Part shown: positions 51,720-62,136 of the stretch, in pieces | How positions within the stretch are numbered: the first letter of the stretch is position 1 | How the letters are laid out: each line of letters opens with the position of its first letter | Sequence record: PV805630.1 | DNA: 64,000 nucleotides | From: a phage | Strand: one strand, 5' to 3' | Made by a program: the position numbers and the translations under genes | Notes under the pieces: generated by a model | What the model saw: only the letters and a program-made list of their open reading frames with translations | Database searches by the model: none | What the model was told of the DNA's origin: nothing

Positions 51720-51727
51720 AGTTAATC

Positions 51728-52228
51728 CTATTCAAAAAGTTTACGGTCAGCCTGAATTTGTTTACCCAACTCAATTAGTTGGTTGTCACGGAGTCTAACA
51801 GTTGCCCGGAGTTCTTCAACCAAACGTCTGCCTTCTTCAAGACTGTTGTCGAGTCTGGCTGCATGGCTTGCAAGACTTCTGCACTCAAGGGTTCCGGCTT
51901 CGGCTTGACGTTTATATACCGATGCTCGTCTTTCAGACTGTTGCATCCGGCTGTCGTAATCACTGCTAACGCGAGCAAGCTCGCTTGCGTAATTACTCTC
52001 AGCCGTCTGCAACCGGGAAGTGAGTAACCCGACTTCATAACTATGGTTTCTTTGGAGAGCATTGTATTTGTCCTGTAGTTTTTGTGTTGCCTTCTGGTCT
52101 TCAACCTTTTGGGCATCCCACTTCTTTTGAACAGTAGACTGTCCATTGGAATTGCCCCAAAAGTAAATGGTGGCCCCGAGGACCACCACCAGAAGATAAG
52201 GCCAACCTTTAGAGATTAGCATCTTCAT
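51728..52228 (-). CDS. i-spanin (Rz-like)
   Basis: N-terminal TM helix ([24 protein letters not shown]) followed by coiled coil; the ATG at 52228 is preceded by GGAGG. Immediately downstream of the endolysin gene. Confidence 0.45.
   Translation of the reverse strand: MKMLISKGWPYLLVVVLGATIYFWGNSNGQSTVQKKWDAQKVEDQKATQKLQDKYNALQRNHSYEVGLLTSRLQTAESNYASELARVSSDYDSRMQQSERRASVYKRQAEAGTLECRSLASHAARLDNSLEEGRRLVEELRATVRLRDNQLIELGKQIQADRKLFE
51775..52062 (-). CDS. o-spanin (Rz1-like), embedded in the i-spanin gene in another frame
   Basis: Alternate-frame ORF wholly inside the i-spanin gene. Has a lipobox-like [11 protein letters not shown], then a short Pro-rich mature part ([12 protein letters not shown]). 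Start codon uncertain (ATG 52062 or 52038). Confidence 0.35.
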   Translation of the reverse strand: MLSKETIVMKSGYSLPGCRRLRVITQASLLALAVITTAGCNSLKDEHRYINVKPKPEPLSAEVLQAMQPDSTTVLKKADVWLKNSGQLLDSVTTN

Positions 52229-52844
52229 TACATGCCTCCAGTGGTACATTACCGATTCGGTTAGCTACCCAACCATACGTAAAGTCTGGCATGTTCAATG
52301 AGGTGTAGTGGTTCAGTTGTTTAGCATCAAGTAACTTAATCATTACCTGACATGCTGCAACTTTGCCTCGTTTTTTCTGCAATGCTTTATATGCATTAAC
52401 AGTACCTGCACCGACTTTACCATCAACTTGTATTTTAGGGTAGTCTTTGCCATCACGGGACATTTCATTAAGTGACTGTTGTAACCACTTAGCTGGTCTG
52501 GTTACACCGGTATTAACACCAGCATCAACCAGTTTGTGTGTTACAGCAGGAGATATATCAGCGAAGGCTACGAAGTTAGGCTTAATAACGTAGTCATCAA
52601 TGTATATCTCAGCAGCCATCTCTTTAGATAAACCCTTCATGGAACCATCCCAACCATACTCAGTAGCCAGAACTTCTTTATGAGACTTAGCTACTGATTG
52701 GGTAATTCCATGATTAGTTTCCCCACCTGGGTCACGAGGATTGTTTACGTACCCTCCTTCCATATAGAACACTGCCCCCAGAATAGCAGCGATAACTCCT
52801 CCCACTGCACCCCCTTTTGCAGCAAGTTTCTGTTTAGCTTTCAT
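52209..52844 (-). CDS. Endolysin, GH108-type N-acetylmuramidase with N-terminal signal-anchor (SAR-like)
   Basis: GH108-like motif EGGYVNNPRDPGGETNHGIT after a Gly/Ala-rich hydrophobic N-terminus (AAKGGAVGGVIAAILGAVFY), plus a C-terminal peptidoglycan-binding-like region; AGGAAG RBS. Confidence 0.65.
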   Translation of the reverse strand: MKAKQKLAAKGGAVGGVIAAILGAVFYMEGGYVNNPRDPGGETNHGITQSVAKSHKEVLATEYGWDGSMKGLSKEMAAEIYIDDYVIKPNFVAFADISPAVTHKLVDAGVNTGVTRPAKWLQQSLNEMSRDGKDYPKIQVDGKVGAGTVNAYKALQKKRGKVAACQVMIKLLDAKQLNHYTSLNMPDFTYGWVANRIGNVPLEACNEDANL

Positions 52845-53094
52845 GAGAATCTTCCTTTGGATGGAATCGTATTAGTCTGCCCACAATATTTAAAGCAAAC
52901 AGTGCGATTGTAATACTGGAACCATGTGGAATATCTTCAAGGATGTGACGAGGTAGTCCCGTCAGCATTGGTTGGATAATATCTACTGTAGAAAACAGAA
53001 TTAATCCAAATGCACTAATCTGAACAGATGCCCACTTCCAGGACTTCTTCCAGTTAGGAACTAGCCCTATTTTTCTTTTTAGCTTGCGAACCAT
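52834..53094 (-). CDS. Holin (two TM helices)
   Basis: Track ORF starts further upstream; ATG at 53094 follows GGGAGA. 86 aa with a basic N-terminus and two TM helices; overlaps the endolysin start. Confidence 0.45.
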   Translation of the reverse strand: MVRKLKRKIGLVPNWKKSWKWASVQISAFGLILFSTVDIIQPMLTGLPRHILEDIPHGSSITIALFALNIVGRLIRFHPKEDSHES

Positions 53095-53411
53095 GCGAAT
53101 ATCTCCCGTCTTGCAGCAGCCAATACACCAATAATTGCACCTGCTCCAGCCCACACCCACTTACCAAAAATTCCAGCACCTGCAACCTTATGTTTAATGG
53201 TGATGAACTCTTCGATGGTAGGTTCAGACTTAGTGATGCTCTCCTCTACCCGTCTAAGTCGGGTACTAAGATCACCCATAGACTCGCTTAGCTTTTTAAT
53301 AGACTCATCCATTTTCTCCCTTTCCCTCGATTCACGAGTTTGGTTTTCGAAAATGTTTCTCAGTCTCTCTTCGAGTCGGGCTAGAGTTACGTTATCTGGT
53401 TCATTTCCCAT
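53079..53411 (-). CDS. Coiled-coil protein with C-terminal TM anchor (lysis-cassette associated)
   Basis: 110 aa; charged N-terminal coiled coil and a C-terminal Gly-zipper TM (VAGAGIFGKWVWAGAGAIIGVLAAA). Adjacent to the holin. Confidence 0.3.
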   Translation of the reverse strand: MGNEPDNVTLARLEERLRNIFENQTRESREREKMDESIKKLSESMGDLSTRLRRVEESITKSEPTIEEFITIKHKVAGAGIFGKWVWAGAGAIIGVLAAARREIFAWFAS

Positions 53412-53587
53412 AGGGATTTTCTCAGGTTAGTTAAGTCGTAATTGACTGAAACAGTCTACATAAAGGTTTGATTGGGGTACAACAAAAAAGCCCCTCCCTC
53501 ATGGGCTTCGAAGATTAAATACTTTTTCTGATGATAAAAATAACCCCGCCGAAGCGGGGCATAATTTTAGTTAACTGCTATGCCAGA

Positions 53588-56143
53588 TTAGCCCACATTA
53601 CCAATAGTCATGCTGTACTCAAGAGTAAATAACTGACTAGAAGCAGACGTGTTATATAATCCTACATAACCAGATGTAGCTACAGTAGTAGAGAATGCAG
53701 ACGTAGTTGCCGTGCCATCATCTGACTCTACGGTAAAGGTATGAGCACCAGTAGAGGCGGAAGTATATTCCCATACTTTAAAGCCTTTATCTTCACGAGT
53801 AGTATCACCAAATACTACCCAGTCAGTTGGGTTAGTATTGTTGAACGTACCGATGCACATATTACCTGCAGCATTCACACCGACTAACACACCAACATTA
53901 GTAAGTGGGTTATAGTTAAGTGCAATATAGGTGTTTTTCTTAAGACCTTTCGGTACAGCCAGATAACCTACAGATGCACCATTATAAAGGTGAGAGTCTG
54001 CGGTTTTACTGAACTGAGTACCAGACAAAACTTCACCAAATACACCATAGTCATTGGCGTTAGACTGCTTCATTACTGGAGCAGGGCGGGTCATGTTAGG
54101 TTCTTTGCTAAGACGAACCATCGGCAGCTTAACCCCATCCGTTTTGTAAGAACCAAACTTCAGCATAGGGAAGTAAGCATCAGTAGGACTACCATCAATG
54201 ATATAACGGATAAAGTTCAAACCTTTACGTAATCGCCCCATATAGGTAGTAAGGGTTTTGCCACCCCCAAAGTAACTCATGGCAGTCTTGCCATTAAGCA
54301 CGGTACGGTAGGCATTAATTTGAGTATTACGCTCTTGGTATTCACCGGACTCAATCAATGCTTTGCCCGCAGGAGACTCAACACGGATGTTGTGCTGTTG
54401 CCCAACAACGGCAGCATTAGTCCATGGTTCTAGAAGGGATACAGTCATACCTTCTTCTTCACACCATACCATTGTGGTCATGGTTACATTTTCATTAGTT
54501 ACACACTTAGACAGAAAACGGAATACGTTCAGAGCAGGAGCACCAGATACAGGTACATACTGTGGTGCATAGTGAGTACCGGAAGGATACCCTACACAAT
54601 CCCAATAGTTTTCTACAGCAGCCTGAGTGATCATATCCCCCGGTCTAACACGACGACAGTACTTATTACCAAGGGTCTGCATATACATCGCATTACCCAT
54701 AGCCATTTGTCCAAGTTCTTGTGGGTGAGTAGTATCCCAGGTTCCATCCTTCTTAACATAGTAGTAGTACCCAGTTTGCTCATTGCGGCTACTTGCACTA
54801 GTCAGATTTGGTCCCAAGTTAAAATACTCAACACCTAGTTTATCTGCCATGTACTTCTTAGTACTAAGCTCAAATGCCATACGTACTGAGTCATTATCGT
54901 TGACTGTTACAATACCAACGGCACAACCGTAGCCCCATGCTTTACGAACAAACTTGTCAATCTGGTCACGGTAGGTAGCGATACTAGCACTACTGTCATT
55001 CCAACCCATTGCAAGGATACATACACGAGGAGCTTCTGCACCATAGCGTGTGTTACCGAAGAACCCACGGTCGAAGTTACGATAGCCCCAACCGTCGGAT
55101 AACTTCTTACCAGATACGGAACAGTTAGCTGATTGGTAAATAGTTTCACCACTACGACGAGACTGTGTGAGCAACAAGCCATTCATCCAGTGTTCAGTCC
55201 ATGAGTGGGAACCCCCAGATAAAGAATGATTGTATGTACTTGGGGCATCTAAGTCACCATCTGAGTTAGTTGGCGGAGAACTCCAATCCTGTTTACCCCA
55301 TGCACCATCAGTAATGGAATCGCCAATGATACCGATACGACAAAATGTCTGGTCACGGAATGCACAGTATATTTCGTCATTAACGGTTTTATTGTTACCA
55401 TTCATTGAAGCAGCAATGTCAAACGTATGGTCCTTTGCATACCACTGGTTTTTAACAATAAGTTTGCCTTCCCCAACAAACTTACGGACATCATCATCGG
55501 GTAGTAAGTTACAACGAATGGTAACACCCTTAGGGATAAAGATTTTACCGGGGAAAGCATAAGCAGCTGCACGGTTATCCGTAGTAGTATTAACAACAAT
55601 GCCAGGAACATCATATACGGAAGTAGAACCAACAGGAGGAATTAGCCCATTGTTTAATTCTTGTCGTATTAATTCATCATTAGCAATAACCCATGCAGTG
55701 GGAGAAATACCACCTGCACTAAACGGAGTAGAGTTAAGTGGTACGCTCTTGGGTAACCCACCAGCCCAGCGATACTGCGTGCCATTATGAGTAAGCAATT
55801 CATTCTTGGTCTGTATAACTGAGCCAGAAGTAAACGTATCCGGTAAAGTTACATATTCTTTGCGAGTAACAGCTAATGCACCTAAGTCCACGCTACCAGC
55901 AGAGTGAACTAATACACCAGCAGGACTAAGGCTTATAGCAGTAACCCCTGAACCAATGTCAGCAGGTAAGGAATAAGCACGTTGTGTCTCTTTGTCGTAG
56001 ATGACTTTATATCCACTTAGTACAGCACCCTCTGAGAAGTAAACAACCTCTGATTGCTTAACCCCGAAGTGACGGGCTACTGCTTGTTTATTGGTTAAGA
56101 TTCCAGTTGAACCCTTACCACCTTGTGAGAACATTTCGTTCAT
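53588..56143 (-). CDS. Tail fibre/appendage protein with SGNH (GDSL-like) esterase domain
   Basis: 851 aa with an SGNH-hydrolase signature (RIGIIGDSITDGAWG) in the central part; AAGAGG RBS; between the lysis cassette and the tailspike gene. Confidence 0.5.
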   Translation of the reverse strand: MNEMFSQGGKGSTGILTNKQAVARHFGVKQSEVVYFSEGAVLSGYKVIYDKETQRAYSLPADIGSGVTAISLSPAGVLVHSAGSVDLGALAVTRKEYVTLPDTFTSGSVIQTKNELLTHNGTQYRWAGGLPKSVPLNSTPFSAGGISPTAWVIANDELIRQELNNGLIPPVGSTSVYDVPGIVVNTTTDNRAAAYAFPGKIFIPKGVTIRCNLLPDDDVRKFVGEGKLIVKNQWYAKDHTFDIAASMNGNNKTVNDEIYCAFRDQTFCRIGIIGDSITDGAWGKQDWSSPPTNSDGDLDAPSTYNHSLSGGSHSWTEHWMNGLLLTQSRRSGETIYQSANCSVSGKKLSDGWGYRNFDRGFFGNTRYGAEAPRVCILAMGWNDSSASIATYRDQIDKFVRKAWGYGCAVGIVTVNDNDSVRMAFELSTKKYMADKLGVEYFNLGPNLTSASSRNEQTGYYYYVKKDGTWDTTHPQELGQMAMGNAMYMQTLGNKYCRRVRPGDMITQAAVENYWDCVGYPSGTHYAPQYVPVSGAPALNVFRFLSKCVTNENVTMTTMVWCEEEGMTVSLLEPWTNAAVVGQQHNIRVESPAGKALIESGEYQERNTQINAYRTVLNGKTAMSYFGGGKTLTTYMGRLRKGLNFIRYIIDGSPTDAYFPMLKFGSYKTDGVKLPMVRLSKEPNMTRPAPVMKQSNANDYGVFGEVLSGTQFSKTADSHLYNGASVGYLAVPKGLKKNTYIALNYNPLTNVGVLVGVNAAGNMCIGTFNNTNPTDWVVFGDTTREDKGFKVWEYTSASTGAHTFTVESDDGTATTSAFSTTVATSGYVGLYNTSASSQLFTLEYSMTIGNVG

Positions 56144-56292
56144 ATAAACCTCTTTGTTTTTCTAGGAAACCCCTCCGAAGAGGGGATAGTGTTACAGGGA
56201 AACAGATGCATGGAATAACTTTCCTGATACCACCCATTCAGAAAGGCTATCTTAGAGATAGCCTTTAAGAAAAATTGAGTGAAAAGCAGTGC

Positions 56293-58980
56293 TTACGCAC
56301 TGCCTAATACACGTTGGGATAATGCTGCGATACAGAAGCAAGACAGTTCTGCATAGTTAACACCATACATATCTGCTTCAGCATCATAGGTAACGAGAGA
56401 GTAATCCAGAGTATTTAACCCATGTTTCTCCATAATTAGCATGACTTCTTGCGCCAGACAACCGAAGTGATACTTGTCTGCTTCCGTATCTGTCCACTTG
56501 AACTTAATCATGCTAGAGGACAACTCTAGGCCAGCATGGTATTCAGCCTTGGTAATCTCGTATACATCCTTGCATCGCCCATCAGACGTCTGAATAACAC
56601 CATTTGTAGCAAAGACTGTCTGCCATCTACGGCTAGATTGACCACAGGTTCTTGTGTTATCAATCTGAGGTGCTACACTCCCATCTATACGGAGATAGTT
56701 ATTCTCACTCTGAGCACCACCCATAGTACCTTCTATGAAAGGCAAGCCAGTGTGATTGTTAATAATTAGCGTATTAGACTTCTCACTATCAATACCTGCA
56801 CCTGCATCCGCACCAATGAAGATGTTACCAGATCCGCTAGGTAACTTACGTCCTGCCCTTGCTCCAACAATAGTATTCAACTCACCAGAGGTAAAAGAGG
56901 TTAAGGTGTCAACACCAACAGCCGTGTTAAAGCTACCTTCCATCGTACCAGTAAAACTGTTACTCTCTGAGCTTACACCGCGTAAAGCACCATTACCTAC
57001 GGCTGTATTATGGTTGCCTGACTTCAATTCACGACCAGCCGCGTTACCTATTAACGTATTACCGCTACATGTTGTATAACCTAAGCGTACACCCTCTTCA
57101 TTAGTGTAGATGCCAGTACGCATACCTGCCGAACGACCTATTGCTACATTAGCCTCACCAGAATGTAGCTGTTGCAAAGCAGACATACCTATAGCTACGT
57201 TGAATCGTCCATCCTTACACTCATTCAGGGCATCACGACCGATACCAATCATGTTGTTGCCAGTGGTAGTTTTCTTAAGAGCATTGATACCGATGCTAAT
57301 AACCTCTGTACCAGTGAAAGGAGACGTGTCTGTCAGTGCATCTTCTAGGGTATCACCCGATAAACCACCCACACCAACTACGATAGAGTTAGTACCTGTG
57401 GTAAGGTTGCGACCTGAGCTTGGGCCAAGTAATACTAATTGGTCGCCTTTTCCTGCGTCCGTGTAATCTTTTGCAGCATCATAACCTAAGATGAGGTTGT
57501 TATGGGATTGGGCTACGTTAGTGAAAGGAATACCACTATCGCCTACAGCCTTGATACGCTTACCCTGACCATAGAATCTGCCATTAATATCTTCTGGTAA
57601 TAAATACGTGCCTGACGGAACATAAGCACCTTGAGGTGAAGCAGATGCGGCAGCAGCAAAGGCTTGTGTGTCGTCTGTAATACCATCACCTTTAGCACCA
57701 AAATCAAGGACGCTTACATAATCAGAAAGCCGTTCATGGATACTACGTGCAATAGCACCGCTTAATGCAGTTTTATAGGTAACTAATTCTGAACCAGTTT
57801 CTGCAGCTAGTTCCGAGCGTAACGCATCAGTGTATTCATTTGATACAGGCAGCAAATCAACTGTAATGCTACCTGGGGAATAAGTTAACTGCCCATTGGA
57901 AACAGTGTTGATATAAACATTAGCAGGAAGAGTAGGAAGACCATAAATCTTATGCTCAACTACATCATAAATAACCCTCTTCCCATTCAGATACTGAGTA
58001 GTATTAGTACTCAAAATAACATCATCCTCATGCACATTAGCTGAACGTGCTACTTCCTGAATGGTACGGTCAGACATAACCAGGGTAGTAGACTCACCGC
58101 CAATAGTTACAATCAAACGATCGTTGGTAGCCAGAGGCTCTGTTAAAAAGATACGCTGGTTAGCTGCATCGACTGTATAGGATTTATCAGCCAAACCTGC
58201 ATAGTAGCGTTCGCCATTCTTGTAGATGGCTGGCACAGATTCAAACGTATACGGAATAGCAATTACTTGCTCACCACCCGAAGCATACCCACCGTTGTAT
58301 AGCCAGTTAATCTGAATCCAGTCGCTAACGTTAGGGTTATCCGGTACAGCAGGAGTTCCAGTTAGAAGAAATACTACTTCATCACCTTCTTCCAGAGGCT
58401 GAGCCAGAGTCACGGACTGATTCTCTACATTAAATTCAAAGCCACGGCCTACATACTGCATGTCACCATTAACAATAATGAAAGGTACGCCTAACGTATC
58501 ATCCGGTACGTTGATTGTGGTTTCCCCACCAGTAGCGGAACCGTTTGCATATACCCAGGGAATATAAGCACCCCCGCCAGAGGAAGTACCACCACCACCA
58601 CCATTAGAACCAGAAGTAGCAACAGTAATCCATGAACCAGTTGCTTCTGGATCATCCGGAATGATGCCGGTACGATCACCATCTACGTACAAATAGTCAG
58701 TAACCTGACGGTCTCCTGTACGGGAGAATCCGTAGATACGGGCGTACTTAGCATCTGAAGTAAGAGCCTTAAGCTCAGCCTCAGATTGTACGCCAATAAC
58801 CATTCCATATTGATTCAGAAAATCATACAGGAGTTTCAGGTTACCCAAATTACAATACACAGTTCGGACTACGTGGTAAGCATTACCAAGTAGTGCATCT
58901 ACCATTGGGTCGTTGGATCTATTCTGGCAGTAAGGATTGGACCAATCCTGATTTGCATCGAAGGGGGTATGTGCGTTCAT
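56293..58980 (-). CDS. Tail fibre/tailspike with beta-helix repeats and C-terminal intramolecular chaperone (S74-like) domain
   Basis: About 895 aa. Gly-rich linker, then repetitive Gly/Asn-rich segments (NTLIGNAAGRELKSGNHNTAVGNGALRG...). C-terminal region TSDGRCKDVYEITKAEYHAGLEL resembles the auto-cleaving chaperone domain of phage fibres. Confidence 0.55.
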   Translation of the reverse strand: MNAHTPFDANQDWSNPYCQNRSNDPMVDALLGNAYHVVRTVYCNLGNLKLLYDFLNQYGMVIGVQSEAELKALTSDAKYARIYGFSRTGDRQVTDYLYVDGDRTGIIPDDPEATGSWITVATSGSNGGGGGTSSGGGAYIPWVYANGSATGGETTINVPDDTLGVPFIIVNGDMQYVGRGFEFNVENQSVTLAQPLEEGDEVVFLLTGTPAVPDNPNVSDWIQINWLYNGGYASGGEQVIAIPYTFESVPAIYKNGERYYAGLADKSYTVDAANQRIFLTEPLATNDRLIVTIGGESTTLVMSDRTIQEVARSANVHEDDVILSTNTTQYLNGKRVIYDVVEHKIYGLPTLPANVYINTVSNGQLTYSPGSITVDLLPVSNEYTDALRSELAAETGSELVTYKTALSGAIARSIHERLSDYVSVLDFGAKGDGITDDTQAFAAAASASPQGAYVPSGTYLLPEDINGRFYGQGKRIKAVGDSGIPFTNVAQSHNNLILGYDAAKDYTDAGKGDQLVLLGPSSGRNLTTGTNSIVVGVGGLSGDTLEDALTDTSPFTGTEVISIGINALKKTTTGNNMIGIGRDALNECKDGRFNVAIGMSALQQLHSGEANVAIGRSAGMRTGIYTNEEGVRLGYTTCSGNTLIGNAAGRELKSGNHNTAVGNGALRGVSSESNSFTGTMEGSFNTAVGVDTLTSFTSGELNTIVGARAGRKLPSGSGNIFIGADAGAGIDSEKSNTLIINNHTGLPFIEGTMGGAQSENNYLRIDGSVAPQIDNTRTCGQSSRRWQTVFATNGVIQTSDGRCKDVYEITKAEYHAGLELSSSMIKFKWTDTEADKYHFGCLAQEVMLIMEKHGLNTLDYSLVTYDAEADMYGVNYAELSCFCIAALSQRVLGSA

Positions 58981-59687
58981 CGCCATCCTCGTTGTTCAAA
59001 TTTAGTTTCGGTAATTGAAATACTTCCATTAGCCAGGTCGTAATCAACAACCTCACCACAGATGCTTTCATACGTTTGCAGATACTCTGCTGCTTTAGCG
59101 TTAGCTTCAGGAGTATTCAAACCAGTGTGGTAACGATAACCCACCCAGTTATGAAGTGCCGTCATTAGTGTATCAGCTAAATCAACTTCCTGTTCTTCAT
59201 CACCCGTAAGAACTGGGTGCTTAGCCTGATACGTTACGTTAAGTGCCTCAAAGTGTCGAGGTCGCATACACTGAATAGTATCAGGTCGTGGGGTGAAAAT
59301 AGCACGAGGGTCTGAGTCGTCGTTCAGTCTACGGCGATTCCCAGAGTTATCAAACACATTTAGGATTTTAATAACATCATCCTGGAAAGGCTTCATGAAC
59401 CCATCCATGATATAAGGATACTGAACCTCAAGAGTAGGCTTAGTAAATCTGGAGTAAGCATATTTGGATTGAAGAGGATAATCAGTACGCCCTTCCTTCA
59501 TCTCCACAATGCAGCTATTTGTCTTAAGAGGAAAACGACTATGCAGTCGTACCAGTCCTTCATTAATAGCTGCCAATATCTCCGGCTTACTATCTGGTTC
59601 AATACCCAGTCTGTCATCCGTGACTGAACCAGTACCCTTCAAGGTACTTAGTGCCAAGCCACGGTATACTTCCGATAATTTCTGCAT
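58977..59687 (-). CDS. Hypothetical structural/packaging-module protein
   Basis: 236-aa ORF between the terminase and tail fibre genes; GAGGA RBS. Confidence 0.35.
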   Translation of the reverse strand: MQKLSEVYRGLALSTLKGTGSVTDDRLGIEPDSKPEILAAINEGLVRLHSRFPLKTNSCIVEMKEGRTDYPLQSKYAYSRFTKPTLEVQYPYIMDGFMKPFQDDVIKILNVFDNSGNRRRLNDDSDPRAIFTPRPDTIQCMRPRHFEALNVTYQAKHPVLTGDEEQEVDLADTLMTALHNWVGYRYHTGLNTPEANAKAAEYLQTYESICGEVVDYDLANGSISITETKFEQRGWR

Positions 59688-59693
59688 GGTTCC

Positions 59694-61283
59694 TCACACA
59701 ATGTATGAACGTAGTGGGTTAACACTATCTTCTTCTTCCTCATCCCACATTGGGTCACCCTTGTTATCCACCAAAGTCATACCTGCTTGCGGTTTCCAAG
59801 GATTGAGATAACCCAGCATGGAGATAGTATCAATACAGTCATCCTTACCTTTAATACCATTAATAGTAGCTAGTTTAATCTGGCCCATGAACAGACCCAT
59901 AATAGTTGTATCTCTCAACTCTTCCGGGAAGTACATCTTACCAGCTTTGAACCATGGAACTACCAGGTTAAAGCGTGACAGCTTAGAGGTTACAGGACGG
60001 ATGCCAGGCTTACCACCCTCAGAAGATGCAAAGTTAAAGAAGACATTTCGGTTAATCATTTCTTTTTGGAGGAGTGAAATGAATCCACCTTGCTGTCCTG
60101 TAATTTCGACGCCAACGTTTTGTGGCTGGTATTCTTGAACCAGACGGAATAGGTCATCAAAGTTCTTATCCATAAGCTGACGATTAGCCACACCGTCAAC
60201 CCAGAACCAATCTCCGTTAGAACTGTAAGCCCAAACTGATATGACACTATAGTCACTGGTCTGTTTCTCCGAAGTAGCAAAGTCGGTTGTAATATAATAG
60301 TTGTAGCAAGACTTCATCCTTAACAGTTGTTGCCTGCTGTACCATTTAATCTCACTATCCTGAACAAGACGTTCATCTTCGGAGCTAATACGAAGCATAA
60401 GTTCCTGGTAGAAACCAGCTAGCTTACCAGTCTTAACTGCCATGTCGTATTGGGCTTTAATGTAGTCATATGAGAAACGGTCATCCCATGCACCCTGAAA
60501 CTCTTCTCTGCTGCAAGGAAACTTCTCACACACTGGCCATACGTTGACATCCCATGCACCGGACTCTACTGCTTCAATGATAATGTCTTCCTTATTAAAG
60601 GGGGTACCGTTGAAGATTACTTTACGACGTGTTGGGTCAAGAGCATGGTTCACACCTTTATAGACAGTATCCTTAATAGCTTCCATGCTTGTCTTAGAGT
60701 TAGCATCACCATCACTAATCAAGTCATCCAGTACACAGAGTGTTGGACGTTTACCATATATCTTCGTACCACGAAGACCTGTCTTAGCACCAAACAACTT
60801 AACACCCAGTCGATGTCCTTCTGCATTACGGAACTCTAATAGGTTATCCGTAAAGGTAGCTTCAGGTATCCACTGCTGAAGGAACTCACTATTCTTATAA
60901 CGAAACTCAATGTTCTTACGTGCAGACTTAGCACCGTTATCCATTGAGTCAGATACGTAAATCATTCCTTCTACCTTACCTAAACTTGGTAAGTGTCCAA
61001 ACACTGCCAAGAACAAAGTAAAGTATTCCATGAACACAGCAGTCTTACCTGCACCACGGAAACACAGGTTAACTACATACTGGTTCGGGGTAATCATCTT
61101 ATCCAACATCTTCAGGTGAACTGGTGGTGTTTTGTTGGATTCACCTTCTTTGCCATTAACCAACTTAATAAAGTTGGCAAAGGTAAGAGCAAACTGACTA
61201 GGAACATAGTTAGATGAATTAAGGTGGGAGTAATCCACCTGGTCTAGCCATTCATCTAGTTCCTGTTTAATTAACTCAGACAT
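59694..61283 (-). CDS. Terminase large subunit
   Basis: Track start is GTG 61304; in-frame ATG at 61283 follows GAGGA. P-loop-like RGAGKT in the N-terminal ATPase part and acidic nuclease-like C-terminal half. First large gene of the late operon, as in N4. Confidence 0.6.
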   Translation of the reverse strand: MSELIKQELDEWLDQVDYSHLNSSNYVPSQFALTFANFIKLVNGKEGESNKTPPVHLKMLDKMITPNQYVVNLCFRGAGKTAVFMEYFTLFLAVFGHLPSLGKVEGMIYVSDSMDNGAKSARKNIEFRYKNSEFLQQWIPEATFTDNLLEFRNAEGHRLGVKLFGAKTGLRGTKIYGKRPTLCVLDDLISDGDANSKTSMEAIKDTVYKGVNHALDPTRRKVIFNGTPFNKEDIIIEAVESGAWDVNVWPVCEKFPCSREEFQGAWDDRFSYDYIKAQYDMAVKTGKLAGFYQELMLRISSEDERLVQDSEIKWYSRQQLLRMKSCYNYYITTDFATSEKQTSDYSVISVWAYSSNGDWFWVDGVANRQLMDKNFDDLFRLVQEYQPQNVGVEITGQQGGFISLLQKEMINRNVFFNFASSEGGKPGIRPVTSKLSRFNLVVPWFKAGKMYFPEELRDTTIMGLFMGQIKLATINGIKGKDDCIDTISMLGYLNPWKPQAGMTLVDNKGDPMWDEEEEDSVNPLRSYIV

Positions 61284-61965
61284 CTGTAATGTCCTCATCT
61301 GCACGTACTAGTTTAGAACCAGCAATCTCTTTAGTAGGTACGCCACTATTGATTGCATTAATTTGCTGTTCAGCTAATGCAGCAAGTGTCGCCTTGAGGT
61401 CAGTCAACCCAGAGTTCTCCCTTAAGTCCAGATTGATATTAGTTACCTGGTCTTTTGGTTTAGCTAAATGAGTAAGGATTGAGTTAGCTGCATCGCATCT
61501 TACTTTCTCACTTACTGCTGTAGTCATCAGTTCAACCTGAACATTGATAGCCTTCTGATAATTGTCTTGGTTCACAATCCACACTGGAACCAAACTTTGT
61601 TCCATGATGAGGTTAACTAACTTACCTCTGTGATAAGCAGAGACGTAAGCACTAATATCTTTCTCACTGGTTCCTCGGGCTACAAGTTCTGCTTGTCGGT
61701 TAGGGAATGTTTTGAAGTAGGCTTCCTTATTTGAGTAGCCCATGTGTTTGTAAGTCACATACTGAACTGCATTCATGTAGTCCTGTGTCTTAAACTTACC
61801 CTCCTTCATAACGCCAGAGTAAGAGATGAAGTTTTCACGGAATGCTTCAGCAACCAGTTGGTCTTGGGTTATGTTGTTAATTGTGTCTACCAACTCCTGG
61901 CTTACACTGTTCTTGAAGTTAGCAGGTAAGGCATTAATGATCTGCTGCTTAGTTAGCTCTCTCAT
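61276..61965 (-). CDS. Hypothetical protein upstream of the large terminase (possible small terminase subunit)
   Basis: 229-aa ORF overlapping the terminase start by 8 nt; small-terminase call is by position only. Confidence 0.3.
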   Translation of the reverse strand: MRELTKQQIINALPANFKNSVSQELVDTINNITQDQLVAEAFRENFISYSGVMKEGKFKTQDYMNAVQYVTYKHMGYSNKEAYFKTFPNRQAELVARGTSEKDISAYVSAYHRGKLVNLIMEQSLVPVWIVNQDNYQKAINVQVELMTTAVSEKVRCDAANSILTHLAKPKDQVTNINLDLRENSGLTDLKATLAALAEQQINAINSGVPTKEIAGSKLVRADEDITDV

Positions 61966-62136
61966 ACTTATCTCTCTACAAAGTTATGTCTATTAACGAA
62001 GATTCTTTTCTTGGGGTGGGATACCCCTTGAAGAAACTCTAACACACAGTTACACTTTAGTCATGATATAGAAAAAGTTCATGATACTGAATAGTATGTA
62101 ATGTTCCGATGACCCTATTCCCAAAAGGAGTAACCT

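Noticed and set aside
61966-62136. N4 vRNAP-type hairpin promoters (short stem, 3-nt loop) near the right-end small genes
   Set aside because: Hairpins here have longer loops (for example the 7-bp stem with 11-nt loop at about 62438-62462) and I found no match to the N4 early-promoter hairpin as I recall it. Early promoters are probably outside the window.
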